Notes: a model not told the origin generated them from the letters alone. Positions 10,402 through 20,406 are shown, counted from the stretch's first letter. The stretch is 47,615 nt of DNA from an uncultured Eubacteriales bacterium (GCA_900319955.1 ONQM01000001.1:1-47615); one strand, 5' to 3'. Made by a program: numbers and translations.

Positions 10402-10693
10402 CTAAACTATTTAAGTAATTATTAAATTCTTTAAAAGTTAATCCTTCTTTAGAATCAAAATATTCTGTTTAATTTTCCATATGATATACTTTAGAATCTT
10501 TAAAATATAGAATAAAGCATTGCATATGTTCTTCTTCATCTAAATTGTTAAAGTCATTGTTTTCATATATTCTTGTTGAATACATTTTTTTATATTTAAT
10601 TCATTAAGTAAAATATGTTCTAAAATTTTTTAGAGTATTTATGTGAATGTTTCTTTCATAATCTAAATATCCATATTTTATATATTTAATCAT
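10397..10693 (-). pseudogene. Disrupted orphan gene downstream of serS
   Basis: ATG 2 nt after the serS stop; reads MIKYIKYGYLDYERNIHINTLKNFRTYFT**IKYKKMYSTRIYENN...HMEN*TEYFDSKEGLTFKEFNNYLNSLE*, ending at the terminator. Confidence 0.55.
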
Positions 10694-10695
10694 AA

Positions 10696-11982
10696 TTATT
10701 TCTTAGGTTTAATTACTTCTTCACCACCCATATATTTTTGAAGAACTTTAGGAATTTTTACTGATCCATCTTCTTGATAATTATTTTCAACAACAGCGAT
10801 TAGACCACGTGGTGATGCAACAACTGTATTGTTAAGTGTATCGACAAAGTAGTTGCCATTTTCCCCTTTTGCTCTAATGCCTAATCTTCTAGCTTGTGCA
10901 TCTCCAAGCGTTGAGCATGATCCAACTTCAAAGTATTTCTTTTGTCTAGGACTCCAAGCTTCAACATCACATGATTTAACTTTTAAGTCTGCTAAATCGC
11001 CACTACAACATTCAAGTGTTCTTACTGGTACATCTAGGCTTCTAAAGAAATCAACTGTGTATTTCCACATCTTATTGTACCATTCCATTCGTTCTTCTTT
11101 TTTGCAAAGGACAACCATTTCCTGTTTTTCAAACTGATGAACTCTATATAATCCTCTTTCTTCTAGTCCATGTGATCCTCCTTCTTTTCTAAAGCATGGC
11201 GAATAACTTGTAAGTGTTATAGGTAAATCTTCTTCTTTTACTATTTGCCCTTTAAATTTGCCTATCATAGAATGCTCTGATGTTCCAATTAAGTATAGAT
11301 CTTCTCCTTCTATTTTATACATCATTTCTTGCATTTCTGGAAACGACATAACACCTTTAACAACATCTCCATGTATCATGAATGGAGGTACTGCATAAGT
11401 AAAACCTTTATCAATCATAAAGTCTCTTGCATATGCTAGCATAGCTTCATGAAGACGAGCGATATCTCCTAAAAGATAATAGAATCCTTCTCCACTAGTC
11501 CTACCAGCAGATGCTTTATCCATTCCACCAAGTCTTTCTATTATATCAGCATGATATGGTATTTCATATGGTGGTACATATGGATTTCCAAATTTTTCTA
11601 TTTCAACATTATGTGTGTCATCTTCTCCTATTGGAACAGATGGATCCATAATATTTGGAATTACCATCATTATTTCATTTATTCTTTTATTGTATTTTTC
11701 TTCTTCTTCTTCAAGCTCTTCTATTTTCTTTGAAAGTTCTCCTACTTCTTTCTTTGTTTTTTCAGCATCTTCCTTTTTACCTTCTTTCATAAGCTTTCCA
11801 ATTTCTTCTGAAAGTTTTTTCTTCTTGCTTCTTAATTCATCGCCTTCTGTTTTTGCTTTACGTGTCTTTTCATCTAAATCTTTTACTTCATCAACAAGTG
11901 GAAGTTTTTCATCTTGAAATTTTTTCTTAATATTTTCCTTTACTAAATCTTCATTTTCTCTAATTAATTTAATATCTATCAT
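10696..11982 (-). CDS. serS: Serine--tRNA ligase
   Basis: N-terminal coiled coil, LIGTSEH, CFRKEGGSHG..RGLYRVHQFEKQE, EVGSCS, TLNNTVVASPR. Confidence 0.97.
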   Translation of the reverse strand: MIDIKLIRENEDLVKENIKKKFQDEKLPLVDEVKDLDEKTRKAKTEGDELRSKKKKLSEEIGKLMKEGKKEDAEKTKKEVGELSKKIEELEEEEEKYNKRINEIMMVIPNIMDPSVPIGEDDTHNVEIEKFGNPYVPPYEIPYHADIIERLGGMDKASAGRTSGEGFYYLLGDIARLHEAMLAYARDFMIDKGFTYAVPPFMIHGDVVKGVMSFPEMQEMMYKIEGEDLYLIGTSEHSMIGKFKGQIVKEEDLPITLTSYSPCFRKEGGSHGLEERGLYRVHQFEKQEMVVLCKKEERMEWYNKMWKYTVDFFRSLDVPVRTLECCSGDLADLKVKSCDVEAWSPRQKKYFEVGSCSTLGDAQARRLGIRAKGENGNYFVDTLNNTVVASPRGLIAVVENNYQEDGSVKIPKVLQKYMGGEEVIKPKK

Positions 11983-11995
11983 AATAATTTCTCCT

Positions 11996-12235
11996 TTATT
12001 TTTTATCTATTTCTACTTCTTCAAATCTATATTTTTGTTTTGAATTTGGATATTTTTCTTTATCTACTTCTGAAAGAAACATATCTTTTGGCCTAACGTA
12101 TAGTCTATTATTACCATATAATGCTCTATATACTACCATTTCTTCTCCAGTTTCCGAGTGATATGCAGTATCAAGAACTAAATACAAATTTCCTTTAAAA
12201 TGTTTATAAATGTGATTAATAAGTAATTTTCTCAT
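11996..12235 (-). CDS. DUF1653 family protein
   Basis: YKHFKGNLY...[16 protein letters not shown]...[12 protein letters not shown]...QKYRF; start at the ATG after GGAGG. Confidence 0.9.
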   Translation of the reverse strand: MRKLLINHIYKHFKGNLYLVLDTAYHSETGEEMVVYRALYGNNRLYVRPKDMFLSEVDKEKYPNSKQKYRFEEVEIDKK

Positions 12236-12239
12236 ATTT

Positions 12240-12435
12240 TCCTCCAACAAAAAAGGAAAGTGCCTAAGGAGTGCATGGTGCACGGTACCATCCTTTTATA
12301 CTTTTTTTCTTTAACGGCTTTGCCGGGATATAATCCATCTCCAAGATCAGACTCAAAATAACTTTTTAAAACTATTTGCACCAACCATAGTCTCTCTTAA
12401 TTAAAAATGTTATTTCGTAATCTCTTCATTGACTT
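12240..12435 (-). ncRNA. T-box riboswitch, Ser specifier
   Basis: Stem I with AGAGA bulge and GGUGCAA loop; specifier loop GAG-UCU-GA; stem II and CGGC-AAA-GCCGUUA; antiterminator AAGGA-UGGUACC-GUG...CAC-UCCUU. Confidence 0.9.
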
Positions 12436-12444
12436 TATATACTT

Positions 12445-12473
12445 AGTATAATTTTTTTTTAATAATTTTACAA
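12445..12473 (-). promoter_or_regulatory. Sigma-A promoter of the Ser T-box leader
   Basis: TTGTAA-17 nt-TATACT. Confidence 0.65.
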
Positions 12474-12522
12474 GCATAAAATAATATTTTTTGAATAAAT
12501 TTAACTTGAAAGGACTGAATTT

Positions 12523-12789
12523 ATGGAAATATTAAAGATTTCATCAAAATCAAATGTTAAAAAAGTTGCAGGTGCTCTTGCAAATATTATTAGAAGAGAT
12601 AATGAAGTGGAAGCTCAAACTATTGGTGCAGGGTCTTTAAATACATTAGTTAAATCTGTTATTGTTGCTAGAGGCTACCTTGCTCCATCTGATATTGACC
12701 TTTATATGGTACCATCATTTACTGATATAAAAATAAATGATGATGAAAAAACTGCAATTAAGATTATTGTGAAAGCTAGAGAAAAATAA
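12523..12789 (+). CDS. spoVS: Stage V sporulation protein S
   Basis: MEILKISSKSN..KVAGALA...QTIGAGSLN...ARGYLAPSDIDL..PSF. Confidence 0.95.
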   Translation: MEILKISSKSNVKKVAGALANIIRRDNEVEAQTIGAGSLNTLVKSVIVARGYLAPSDIDLYMVPSFTDIKINDDEKTAIKIIVKAREK

Positions 12790-12814
12790 AGATATGAGCT
12801 TAACTCATATCTTT
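12788..12814. terminator. Bidirectional intrinsic terminator
   Basis: AAAGATATGAG-cttaa-CTCATATCTTT between convergent genes. Confidence 0.8.
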
Positions 12815-12820
12815 TTATTT

Positions 12821-13981
12821 TTATCTTGGAATATTTACTGAATCAATACTTGTAAGTCCTGATGGATTTGCAGGATTTGTTGCTGTTTGAATTACTGGTT
12901 CAGATGCTTGCTGCTGCACATTTTGTTGTGGTACTGCTGTTACAACTGGCTGAGGTGCAGGCTGTACGGTTTGCTCTGGAGTAATATTTACAGCACTTAC
13001 ATTATTATTAACTGCTGCAGCATTTGCTGCATTAAAGTTATTTGCATTATTTGCATTATTTGCAGTTATTTCACTTATTGGAATATTTTGTGTTGATTCA
13101 AGTGGATTTGCACCACCATATATTTCATGCTTTACTTCTTCTTTTGGTGTTTCATTAATTACTGGACTTGCTCCACCATATATTTGAACATTAGGTGTTG
13201 CTGGTACATCTTGTACAGTATTAACTGCAACAGGTGTTTCTTGAATAGTAGGTGTTATAACTGGTTCAGGAACTACTTGCTGCATGGCTTGTGTATCTTG
13301 CATTTCAGGAACTACTTGTTCAACTGATGGAACAGTTGAAACAGCAGGTGTTTCAGGAATATTTACAGTATCAATTGTTGGTATCACAGGAGTAGCTGGC
13401 TCTTGAGGTTCATTCTGCACATTTGTATCTTGCATTTGAACTGCTGGATTTGATGCATTATCTGCAACTGGTGTTTGAACTGTATTTGTAACAGTTGTAA
13501 CATCTGGTATTTCTACACTTGGAACACTATTTGGTGTTGCAGAATAAATATTTGTAGGTTCACCATTCGTTTCTGAAACATTTTGAGTAGCATCAATATA
13601 TGGAGATACTGGTACATCTTGAGAAACACCTGGAACTGATACATTTATAGAATCTGCATTTGTTGCAACAGGACTTGGTATATTTGTAATATCAGGAACT
13701 GTATTATTTACACTTGTATTTGTTTCTCCTGGAATTGATGCATAAACATTTGTACCTGGAACTTCTACAGTAGCAGGATTAGCTGGATCTGCAGGTATTT
13801 CTGTCTTAGGAATATTTGCAGCTTTCTCACTTTCATCTTTTGTGGTATTAGGTTCACCTTTTTCTCTCTTTTTATCTTTTAAACTTGTAATAATAAATAT
13901 CACTAATGCTATTAAAAGTAGTAGCACACCAACTGTAATTAAAATACCTGGTACAGTTTTAAACCAATCTAATGAAAACAT
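12821..13981 (-). CDS. Single-pass membrane protein with long Pro/Thr/Val/Asn/Gln-rich disordered tail
   Basis: N-terminal TM followed by a basic patch; low complexity; IYGGA motif twice. Confidence 0.8.
   Translation of the reverse strand: MFSLDWFKTVPGILITVGVLLLLIALVIFIITSLKDKKREKGEPNTTKDESEKAANIPKTEIPADPANPATVEVPGTNVYASIPGETNTSVNNTVPDITNIPSPVATNADSINVSVPGVSQDVPVSPYIDATQNVSETNGEPTNIYSATPNSVPSVEIPDVTTVTNTVQTPVADNASNPAVQMQDTNVQNEPQEPATPVIPTIDTVNIPETPAVSTVPSVEQVVPEMQDTQAMQQVVPEPVITPTIQETPVAVNTVQDVPATPNVQIYGGASPVINETPKEEVKHEIYGGANPLESTQNIPISEITANNANNANNFNAANAAAVNNNVSAVNITPEQTVQPAPQPVVTAVPQQNVQQQASEPVIQTATNPANPSGLTSIDSVNIPR
13038..13064. repeat. 9-bp tandem repeat x3, coding ANN-ANN-ANN
   Basis: (TTATTTGCA)3. 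Confidence 0.7.
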
Positions 13982-14067
13982 AAAATCATTTCTCCCATCT
14001 TTATTCTATACTCTATTAGTATAATAGCAAAAAAAAAGAACTTTTGCAACAAATTTTGCAAGTAAAT

Positions 14068-14577
14068 TCATTTTTCTAAGTAATCTGCACCCTTAAATGG
14101 CTCTTCAAAAAGTAAATTTTTAAAGTTTTGCTGTCTTAAAACTTCATATATTACAATGGCAACTGAGTTTGATAAATTAAGTGCTCTAACATTACCACTC
14201 ATTGGTATTCTCATACAATGTTCCAAGTCTTTCTTTAATATTTCTTTTGGTATTCCAGTTGACTCTTTTCCAAATATAAAATACATGTTTTCTCCATTTG
14301 TATTACTATAATCAAAGCTTGTGTGAGGTTTTCTTCCATATCTGGTAAAATAATAATACGTGCCTTTATTTTTTGATTTAAAATCATCAAAGTTATCGTA
14401 AACATAATATTTTAGTTTATCTATGTAGTTTACACCACTTCTTTTAAGATGAGCATCATCAAGTGTAAACCCAAGTGGTTTAATTAAGTGTAAAGTAGTG
14501 TTTGTTGCAACACATGTTCTCATAATATTTCCAGTATTGCCTGGTATTTCTGGTTCAAATAAAACTATGTTATTCAT
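14068..14577 (-). CDS. trmL: tRNA (cytidine/uridine-34 2'-O)-methyltransferase
   Basis: IVLFEPEIPGNTGNI.RTC, FGKESTGIP, RIPM...RALNLSN. Confidence 0.95.
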   Translation of the reverse strand: MNNIVLFEPEIPGNTGNIMRTCVATNTTLHLIKPLGFTLDDAHLKRSGVNYIDKLKYYVYDNFDDFKSKNKGTYYYFTRYGRKPHTSFDYSNTNGENMYFIFGKESTGIPKEILKKDLEHCMRIPMSGNVRALNLSNSVAIVIYEVLRQQNFKNLLFEEPFKGADYLEK

Positions 14578-14586
14578 GATTTGCCT

Positions 14587-15117
14587 CTAATAATTTTCTA
14601 TACTTTTAATATGATTAACTTTAATAAACTCTTCTGCATCATTTACTGTTAAATGTTTCTTACTATTACCCTCAATTAATCCTGTTACTTTTCCATCAGT
14701 AAATGTTACAAGTGCTGGAAATCCTTCTGTTAATTTAACTTTATACTTATAACTTATATTGAAATTATTTACAAATGCACTTATATCATAATTAGATAAG
14801 TTTACGTAAATAATTTTTTCTTGTAATCCATCTTTTGTAACTAACTTTTTAAAACTCTTTTCAAAGTTTCTACAGTTATCACTTTCTGATGTACACATAT
14901 AAAAAGTACTTGTAGGATTTTCCATTAAAACATGATCAAAGTCTGCTGCAGTTATTTCAAATGAAAGTGTTCCACGTATTACTGGAGTTTCTTTTTTATA
15001 ATCATTATATACTTTGTACCAACTTCCAATATATATTATTACAAGTATTGTTGCACATATAATAATACCTAAAATAAAATAATTTCTTACAAGTTTCTTT
15101 TTCAATTTAGTCACCAC
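14587..15117 (-). CDS. Membrane-anchored thioredoxin-like-fold protein (DUF6568-like)
   Basis: N-terminal TM; FYMCTSESDNCRNFE, IIYVNL, FPALVTFTDGKV; no CxxC. Confidence 0.55.
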   Translation of the reverse strand: MVTKLKKKLVRNYFILGIIICATILVIIYIGSWYKVYNDYKKETPVIRGTLSFEITAADFDHVLMENPTSTFYMCTSESDNCRNFEKSFKKLVTKDGLQEKIIYVNLSNYDISAFVNNFNISYKYKVKLTEGFPALVTFTDGKVTGLIEGNSKKHLTVNDAEEFIKVNHIKSIENY

Positions 15118-15154
15118 TTTCTATATTTCATTTTAGCATAAATCTCTTAATAAG

Positions 15155-17197
15155 TCACTCTAAATTATATCTAATATTACAGTTTACATTATTTACACAT
15201 GTTTCTTCATAATTATAAATATATGTTAAACCATTTATATATATTACTTTAAATCTTAGTTTATTTATGTTTTCTAAAGTATATTCTTTTTTCTCTTTTA
15301 TATTCAAAATATTATCTTTTATTGTCATTACTTTAACTCTTTCTTTTCCTAGTACTTCTACATTTGGATAAAACTTAAATTTATTATAAAAATTATTTAT
15401 TAAGTTATTACATTCAACCTCTTTTAGCTCAGGGCTTAGTGTTACACAAGTATATCCTAATTGTTCTAAGAAATATACAGTATAAATATTAAATACATTA
15501 AATGAATAGTCTGCTATAGAATTATTCGGATAACCAAAGTAGTTTCTAACAGTTCCTTTTAAATTATCATTTTTAAATTTACATCTTTCTTCTATATAGT
15601 ATATGTTATATTTATCTTTATATTTATTAAATAAATTATAGTCATATGTGTAAAATCTATCAAAGTCTTTAGTTAAATCATTTAAATTATTAGTTACTAG
15701 TGTTTTATAGTGTGCTATAGGGATTTCTAATTTATCAAACTTAATTTCTTTTCTTATATTTCTTTCTATTTTAAGTATGCTTTCTTCATAATTTTTAATA
15801 GATTCTCTTCTTAGATTATTTAAGTAAGATAGTGGTACAAATATATTATCATCTATATCACATTTAAAACTTTCTATATAGTAAGGTGTATCTCCAAGTT
15901 TGCTTATTTTAGAATAAATATCTTCTTTAGTTGTACTTCTATTTAATGCTCTATCTACTTTTTCTCCATATGTTTTAATACCATTAATATCAATTAATAA
16001 TTTTTCTCCAGCAATTGCTTTTACATATATATTAATTGGTACTTTTTTATCTACAAAGTTTAATATTTTTCTCTTTAAATAAAGACTACTTGTTAAAAAT
16101 ACTTTATCACTTTTTTTAGTTTTAAATGTATTTTTTATAAAACATTTTCCATATATTTCATTTACTAAATTTAATTTATCATCATATAAGTAGTTAACTG
16201 TTAAGCCATGATTTCCTATTCTTATACCATCACCTTGTCTTATGTGTTTTACATTAAGTTCTATATATTTATTATTTATATTAGTAACTTTTCCTATTTC
16301 TAATCCAATATGACTAGATGACTTTCCATTAATAATATTTTCATTAAATAAGTGACCTTCTGTAAAGCTTCTATTAAAAAGTATTTTTAATATATCTACA
16401 TCTTTAGAGTTTTTCTTTTTACCATCAATTAGATTTCTATAAAATTTAGTTACAAAATATACATATTCAGGGCTTTTCATTCTTCCTTCTATTTTAAAGC
16501 TTGTAATGTTACTATTTAGAAGTTCATTAAAGTTTTCTCCTTCATAAAGCTCTTTAGTTGAAAGAAGATAGTTTTCTTTAATTAATTTGTTACCATCATA
16601 TAGTTTATATATCATTCTGCATGGATATGCACACGATCCTCTATTTGCAGATCTTGATCCTATCATAGAAGACATAAGACAAAGCCCAGAATAGCATACA
16701 CAAAGTGCACCATGTATAAAGCATTCAATTTCTATTGGTACATCAATAGATTTTATTTCATCAAGTGTAAGTTCACGAGATACAACCACTCTCTTTATTC
16801 CTATATCATATAAGAATTTAATCGTATCAATACTAGAATTATTAAACTGAGTTGATGCATGAATGTTAAAGTCAGGATACATTTTTCTAACTAACATCAT
16901 CATTCCAAAGTCTTGCATTAAAACTGCATCAGCACCATTTTTATAAATAAAATCTATATCATCTAAAAATAAGTCAACTTCATTATCTTTAACTAAAGTA
17001 TTCATTGTAACATATACCTTTACTCTTCTTAAATGGCAGTATTTTACTGCTTCTATAAATTCTTCTTTATCAAAATTTTTTGCAAAAGATCTTGCACTAA
17101 AACTTTTTAGTCCTAAGTATACTGCATCAGCACCAGCATTAACAGCAGCACTTAAAGATTCCATATTTCCTGCAGGTGCAAGTAGTTCATGTATCAT
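15155..17197 (-). CDS. Peptidase U32 family protein with DUF3656-like region (RlhA-like RNA hydroxylation protein)
   Basis: ELLAPAG, GADAVYLG, HASTQ, HGALCVCYSGLC, NRGSCAYPCR, KIEGRMKSPEYV; KLGDTPY...LNNLRRE. Confidence 0.9.
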   Translation of the reverse strand: MIHELLAPAGNMESLSAAVNAGADAVYLGLKSFSARSFAKNFDKEEFIEAVKYCHLRRVKVYVTMNTLVKDNEVDLFLDDIDFIYKNGADAVLMQDFGMMMLVRKMYPDFNIHASTQFNNSSIDTIKFLYDIGIKRVVVSRELTLDEIKSIDVPIEIECFIHGALCVCYSGLCLMSSMIGSRSANRGSCAYPCRMIYKLYDGNKLIKENYLLSTKELYEGENFNELLNSNITSFKIEGRMKSPEYVYFVTKFYRNLIDGKKKNSKDVDILKILFNRSFTEGHLFNENIINGKSSSHIGLEIGKVTNINNKYIELNVKHIRQGDGIRIGNHGLTVNYLYDDKLNLVNEIYGKCFIKNTFKTKKSDKVFLTSSLYLKRKILNFVDKKVPINIYVKAIAGEKLLIDINGIKTYGEKVDRALNRSTTKEDIYSKISKLGDTPYYIESFKCDIDDNIFVPLSYLNNLRRESIKNYEESILKIERNIRKEIKFDKLEIPIAHYKTLVTNNLNDLTKDFDRFYTYDYNLFNKYKDKYNIYYIEERCKFKNDNLKGTVRNYFGYPNNSIADYSFNVFNIYTVYFLEQLGYTCVTLSPELKEVECNNLINNFYNKFKFYPNVEVLGKERVKVMTIKDNILNIKEKKEYTLENINKLRFKVIYINGLTYIYNYEETCVNNVNCNIRYNLE

Positions 17198-17226
17198 GTA
17201 AATCACTTCCAAGAAGAGTATATCAA

Positions 17227-17258
17227 AAAATAGTTAACTTTTAAACATTAACTATTTT
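17227..17258 (-). terminator. Intrinsic terminator after fucO
   Basis: AAAATAGTTAA / TTAACTATTTT inverted repeat. Confidence 0.6.
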
Positions 17259-17262
17259 ATTT

Positions 17263-18414
17263 TTAATATATTTCTTTAAATAATTTTAATATATCTTCTT
17301 TTGATGCTTTTCTAACATTTCCTGGGGTACAAATGTCATTATACGCTTTTTCTGCAAGAACTCTTAAGTCTTCTTCTCTTACTCCTACTTCTCTTAAGGT
17401 TCTTGGTATTAATAATTTTCTTTCTAATATATTTATTGCATTAACTACTCTGGTGGCAGCCTGATCATCTGTTACTTCTTTCATATTAAGTCCCATTGCA
17501 CTTCCCATGTTTCTAAATAGATTAGGACAAACTTTTCCATTAAACATCATAACATGAGGGAGTACTATTGCGTTTGCAAGTCCATGAGGTATATCATAAA
17601 CTGCACCAAGTGCATGTGCCATAGAATGTACTATTCCAAGTCCTGAGTTTGAAAATCCCATACCTGCTATATACTGACCCATTGCAACACTGTCTACTGC
17701 ATTTTTATCTTTTTCATTAACTGCTTTATCTAAGTTTTTATAAATAAGTGCAATAGCATTTAAGTGATACATATCTGTTATTAGCCATGCTCCTCTATTT
17801 AAATATCCTTCCATAGCATGAGTTAGTGCATCCATTCCAGTAGATGCTGCAAGGCTCTTTGGCATAGAATCCATTAAATCTTCATCTATTATTGAAACAA
17901 TTGGTACAGAGTGAGTATCAATACATACCATCTTTTTAACTCTTGACGTATCTGTAATTACATAGTTCATTGTAACTTCTGCTGCTGTTCCAAATGCTGT
18001 ATCAAGAGCAATTATAGGTACACCTTTATTTCTTGTTTTCGCAAGTCCATCAAGTGACACTACATCTTCATGTTCTGGATTATTTGCAATTATACTTATA
18101 GCTTTCGCAGTGTCTATCGCAGATCCACCACCAAGTGCTATTATAACATCTGCTGCACTTCCTTTAAATTTTAAAACACCACGCATAACATTCTCAACTG
18201 TTGGATTAGGTTTTACATCACTATAAACTTCATAAAGAATTATATTTTTATCTAATAGTCCTGTTATCATAGATAAATTTTTACTATCTATCATGCCTCT
18301 ATCTGTTACAATAAATGCTTTTCTATAGTGTCTATCAATAATTTCTGTAACAATCTCTTTTCTTGATCCTCTTCCAAAGTATGCAACCTCATTTAGTACC
18401 ATTCTATTTATCAT
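17263..18414 (-). CDS. fucO: Lactaldehyde reductase (iron-containing alcohol dehydrogenase)
   Basis: NRMVLNE.AYFGRG, GGGSAIDTAK, GTAAEVTMNYVITD, GMDALTHAMEGY, VHSMAH, PHGLANA. Confidence 0.88.
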   Translation of the reverse strand: MINRMVLNEVAYFGRGSRKEIVTEIIDRHYRKAFIVTDRGMIDSKNLSMITGLLDKNIILYEVYSDVKPNPTVENVMRGVLKFKGSAADVIIALGGGSAIDTAKAISIIANNPEHEDVVSLDGLAKTRNKGVPIIALDTAFGTAAEVTMNYVITDTSRVKKMVCIDTHSVPIVSIIDEDLMDSMPKSLAASTGMDALTHAMEGYLNRGAWLITDMYHLNAIALIYKNLDKAVNEKDKNAVDSVAMGQYIAGMGFSNSGLGIVHSMAHALGAVYDIPHGLANAIVLPHVMMFNGKVCPNLFRNMGSAMGLNMKEVTDDQAATRVVNAINILERKLLIPRTLREVGVREEDLRVLAEKAYNDICTPGNVRKASKEDILKLFKEIY

Positions 18415-18450
18415 ATTATCACATCCCTTTTTATAAAATTAGTATATCAT

Positions 18451-20406
18451 TTATTTACTTTTTAATCTATCATTTAGAAATAAAATTATTAAAAATGGAA
18501 GTGTAAATATAACAGGCACTGCATATCTAAAGTATGTATTTGCAGGTGATACTAGACATACAAGTACTGATAGATAAAGTGGAATAAGAATAAGTTTATA
18601 ATTTTTATTTTTTAAATATACGGAAGTTATTAGTAAGAGCCACGTACTAAATCCTATTGATACTATTAATCCTATAAATGGTATGTAAGGGAATATATTT
18701 CCATATGCTATAAGTATATTTCTTAATCCTTCTAATCTATTAAAATGGTAATTAACTAGTGGTTTATCAAATTTTAAATAATATTCTGTTGTGTATTTTT
18801 TTCCATGATTATAATTTTTCTTTTCAGTAATACCTAAATCTTTATATTTATCATCTTTAATGGTTTTTTTCTTTTTTTCTTTCATATCTAGATATTTTTC
18901 TTCACCATATTTATCATATCCATAAACTATTCTAGAATCATAGTTAGAATATAAATACCCACTGTGAGTATTTGGATAAATGTATCCATATGTATTATTA
19001 AGTGTTGCATCTAGGTATATAAGAGGCTCTTTCTTTAAGTATTTAAACCATACTTTAAAGTAATCTTTTAATTCTTCCTTAGTCGTATATTTGTTATATT
19101 CATTTTTAACGTTATCTGCTAAGTTTGGATTATACCTTTTTGCAAGTGTTTTATAGTTAAGTACTTTATCAATTGTTTTTTTGTCTTTCTTATCTATTTC
19201 TTCTCCATCGTACTTTGCAAGTCTTGCAGTCTGCTGAAAAGGTACTGAAAGTGCTTCTCTAATGCTTCCATCAGATATACCAAAGCTTGGAATTAATACT
19301 TTGTTATAGTATGTGATAGACACTAAAAAAATTACAAACACAAGTGATAAGTTTTTCATATTAACTTTAGAATAAAATATTATAAATATAAAAGTAAGTG
19401 CTATTACATAAAGTCCATTATTTCTAAACATAGATGCAAGAAGAGATACTACTAAAAGATATATTAAACTTTTTATACTTAATTTTTTATCTTTATAATT
19501 TTTAACAAATTCATATAAAAATATAACAAACATGATTATAAAGCATGTATAAAATGTATCTTTAACTGCAGTCATTGCATAAAATGGAAAACATGGAACA
19601 AGTGAGTATATTAATATAAGTATTAATTTAATTTTATTATTAACTTTATTTCTATCAAGTTCTTTTATTGTTAAACTAAGTGTAAATGAAAGCGTAAGTA
19701 TTTGTAAAATACTATAAGTAAAGAGTCCTAAATTATCACTGCCAAGTCTTCTTCCAAAAAGAATAGATAAGCCTAATAAAACAGTCTGAATAACAGGATG
19801 ATGTGTTGTCATATTAACATTTGAATTTCTTGGAATAACCCACTCTATATATTTTGTTTTAACATTAAAAAACTGCATTATTTGAAATGATGAATCTGGA
19901 TTTAATATTATAGGATAAAATGCTATTATATATGGACTCCAAAATATAAGCATTGTAATCAAACTTGTTCTTAATGGATACTTTTCTAGTTTTTCTATAT
20001 ACCATTTAAAGAATTTATTTTTAGGCTTAAAATCAGTTAATTTTATTTTATCAAGTATTATATCAAGTACATAAAAAAGTGAAATAAACATATATGTATA
20101 TCCTACTAATTTTATTATAAAAAATATAATATTTATACTAAATATTGTTCCACTATAAGTAAGAGTTTCTCCTATTATCATAAAAATAGAAAAAAGTATA
20201 CTAAGTACTATTTTGCTTTTCTTTATTTCATAGTCTTTTCTATTTATATATAATACTAATAAAAAAATTATACTTAAAATAAATACATTTGTTATACTCA
20301 TAAATAATTTAATATCAAAATATTTAAAATTTATAAATGGTATAGTAGCTGAAAAAGCTGCTAAAATACTTAGAATAATTTTAGAAAACTTAATATTATT
20401 TTTCAT
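18451..20406 (-). CDS. Polytopic membrane protein, DUF6020-like (possible GT-C-type envelope modification enzyme)
   Basis: Many TM helices; YP...PDS..Q, HHPV, KD, FRNNG, REALSVPFQQTAR, YFRY. Confidence 0.7.
   Translation of the reverse strand: MKNNIKFSKIILSILAAFSATIPFINFKYFDIKLFMSITNVFILSIIFLLVLYINRKDYEIKKSKIVLSILFSIFMIIGETLTYSGTIFSINIIFFIIKLVGYTYMFISLFYVLDIILDKIKLTDFKPKNKFFKWYIEKLEKYPLRTSLITMLIFWSPYIIAFYPIILNPDSSFQIMQFFNVKTKYIEWVIPRNSNVNMTTHHPVIQTVLLGLSILFGRRLGSDNLGLFTYSILQILTLSFTLSLTIKELDRNKVNNKIKLILILIYSLVPCFPFYAMTAVKDTFYTCFIIMFVIFLYEFVKNYKDKKLSIKSLIYLLVVSLLASMFRNNGLYVIALTFIFIIFYSKVNMKNLSLVFVIFLVSITYYNKVLIPSFGISDGSIREALSVPFQQTARLAKYDGEEIDKKDKKTIDKVLNYKTLAKRYNPNLADNVKNEYNKYTTKEELKDYFKVWFKYLKKEPLIYLDATLNNTYGYIYPNTHSGYLYSNYDSRIVYGYDKYGEEKYLDMKEKKKKTIKDDKYKDLGITEKKNYNHGKKYTTEYYLKFDKPLVNYHFNRLEGLRNILIAYGNIFPYIPFIGLIVSIGFSTWLLLITSVYLKNKNYKLILIPLYLSVLVCLVSPANTYFRYAVPVIFTLPFLIILFLNDRLKSK

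Noticed and set aside
14029-14037. A9 tract inside a possible promoter spacer (phase variation)
   Set aside because: Tracts of 8-9 A/T are common at this AT content, and it may double as the trmL terminator U tract
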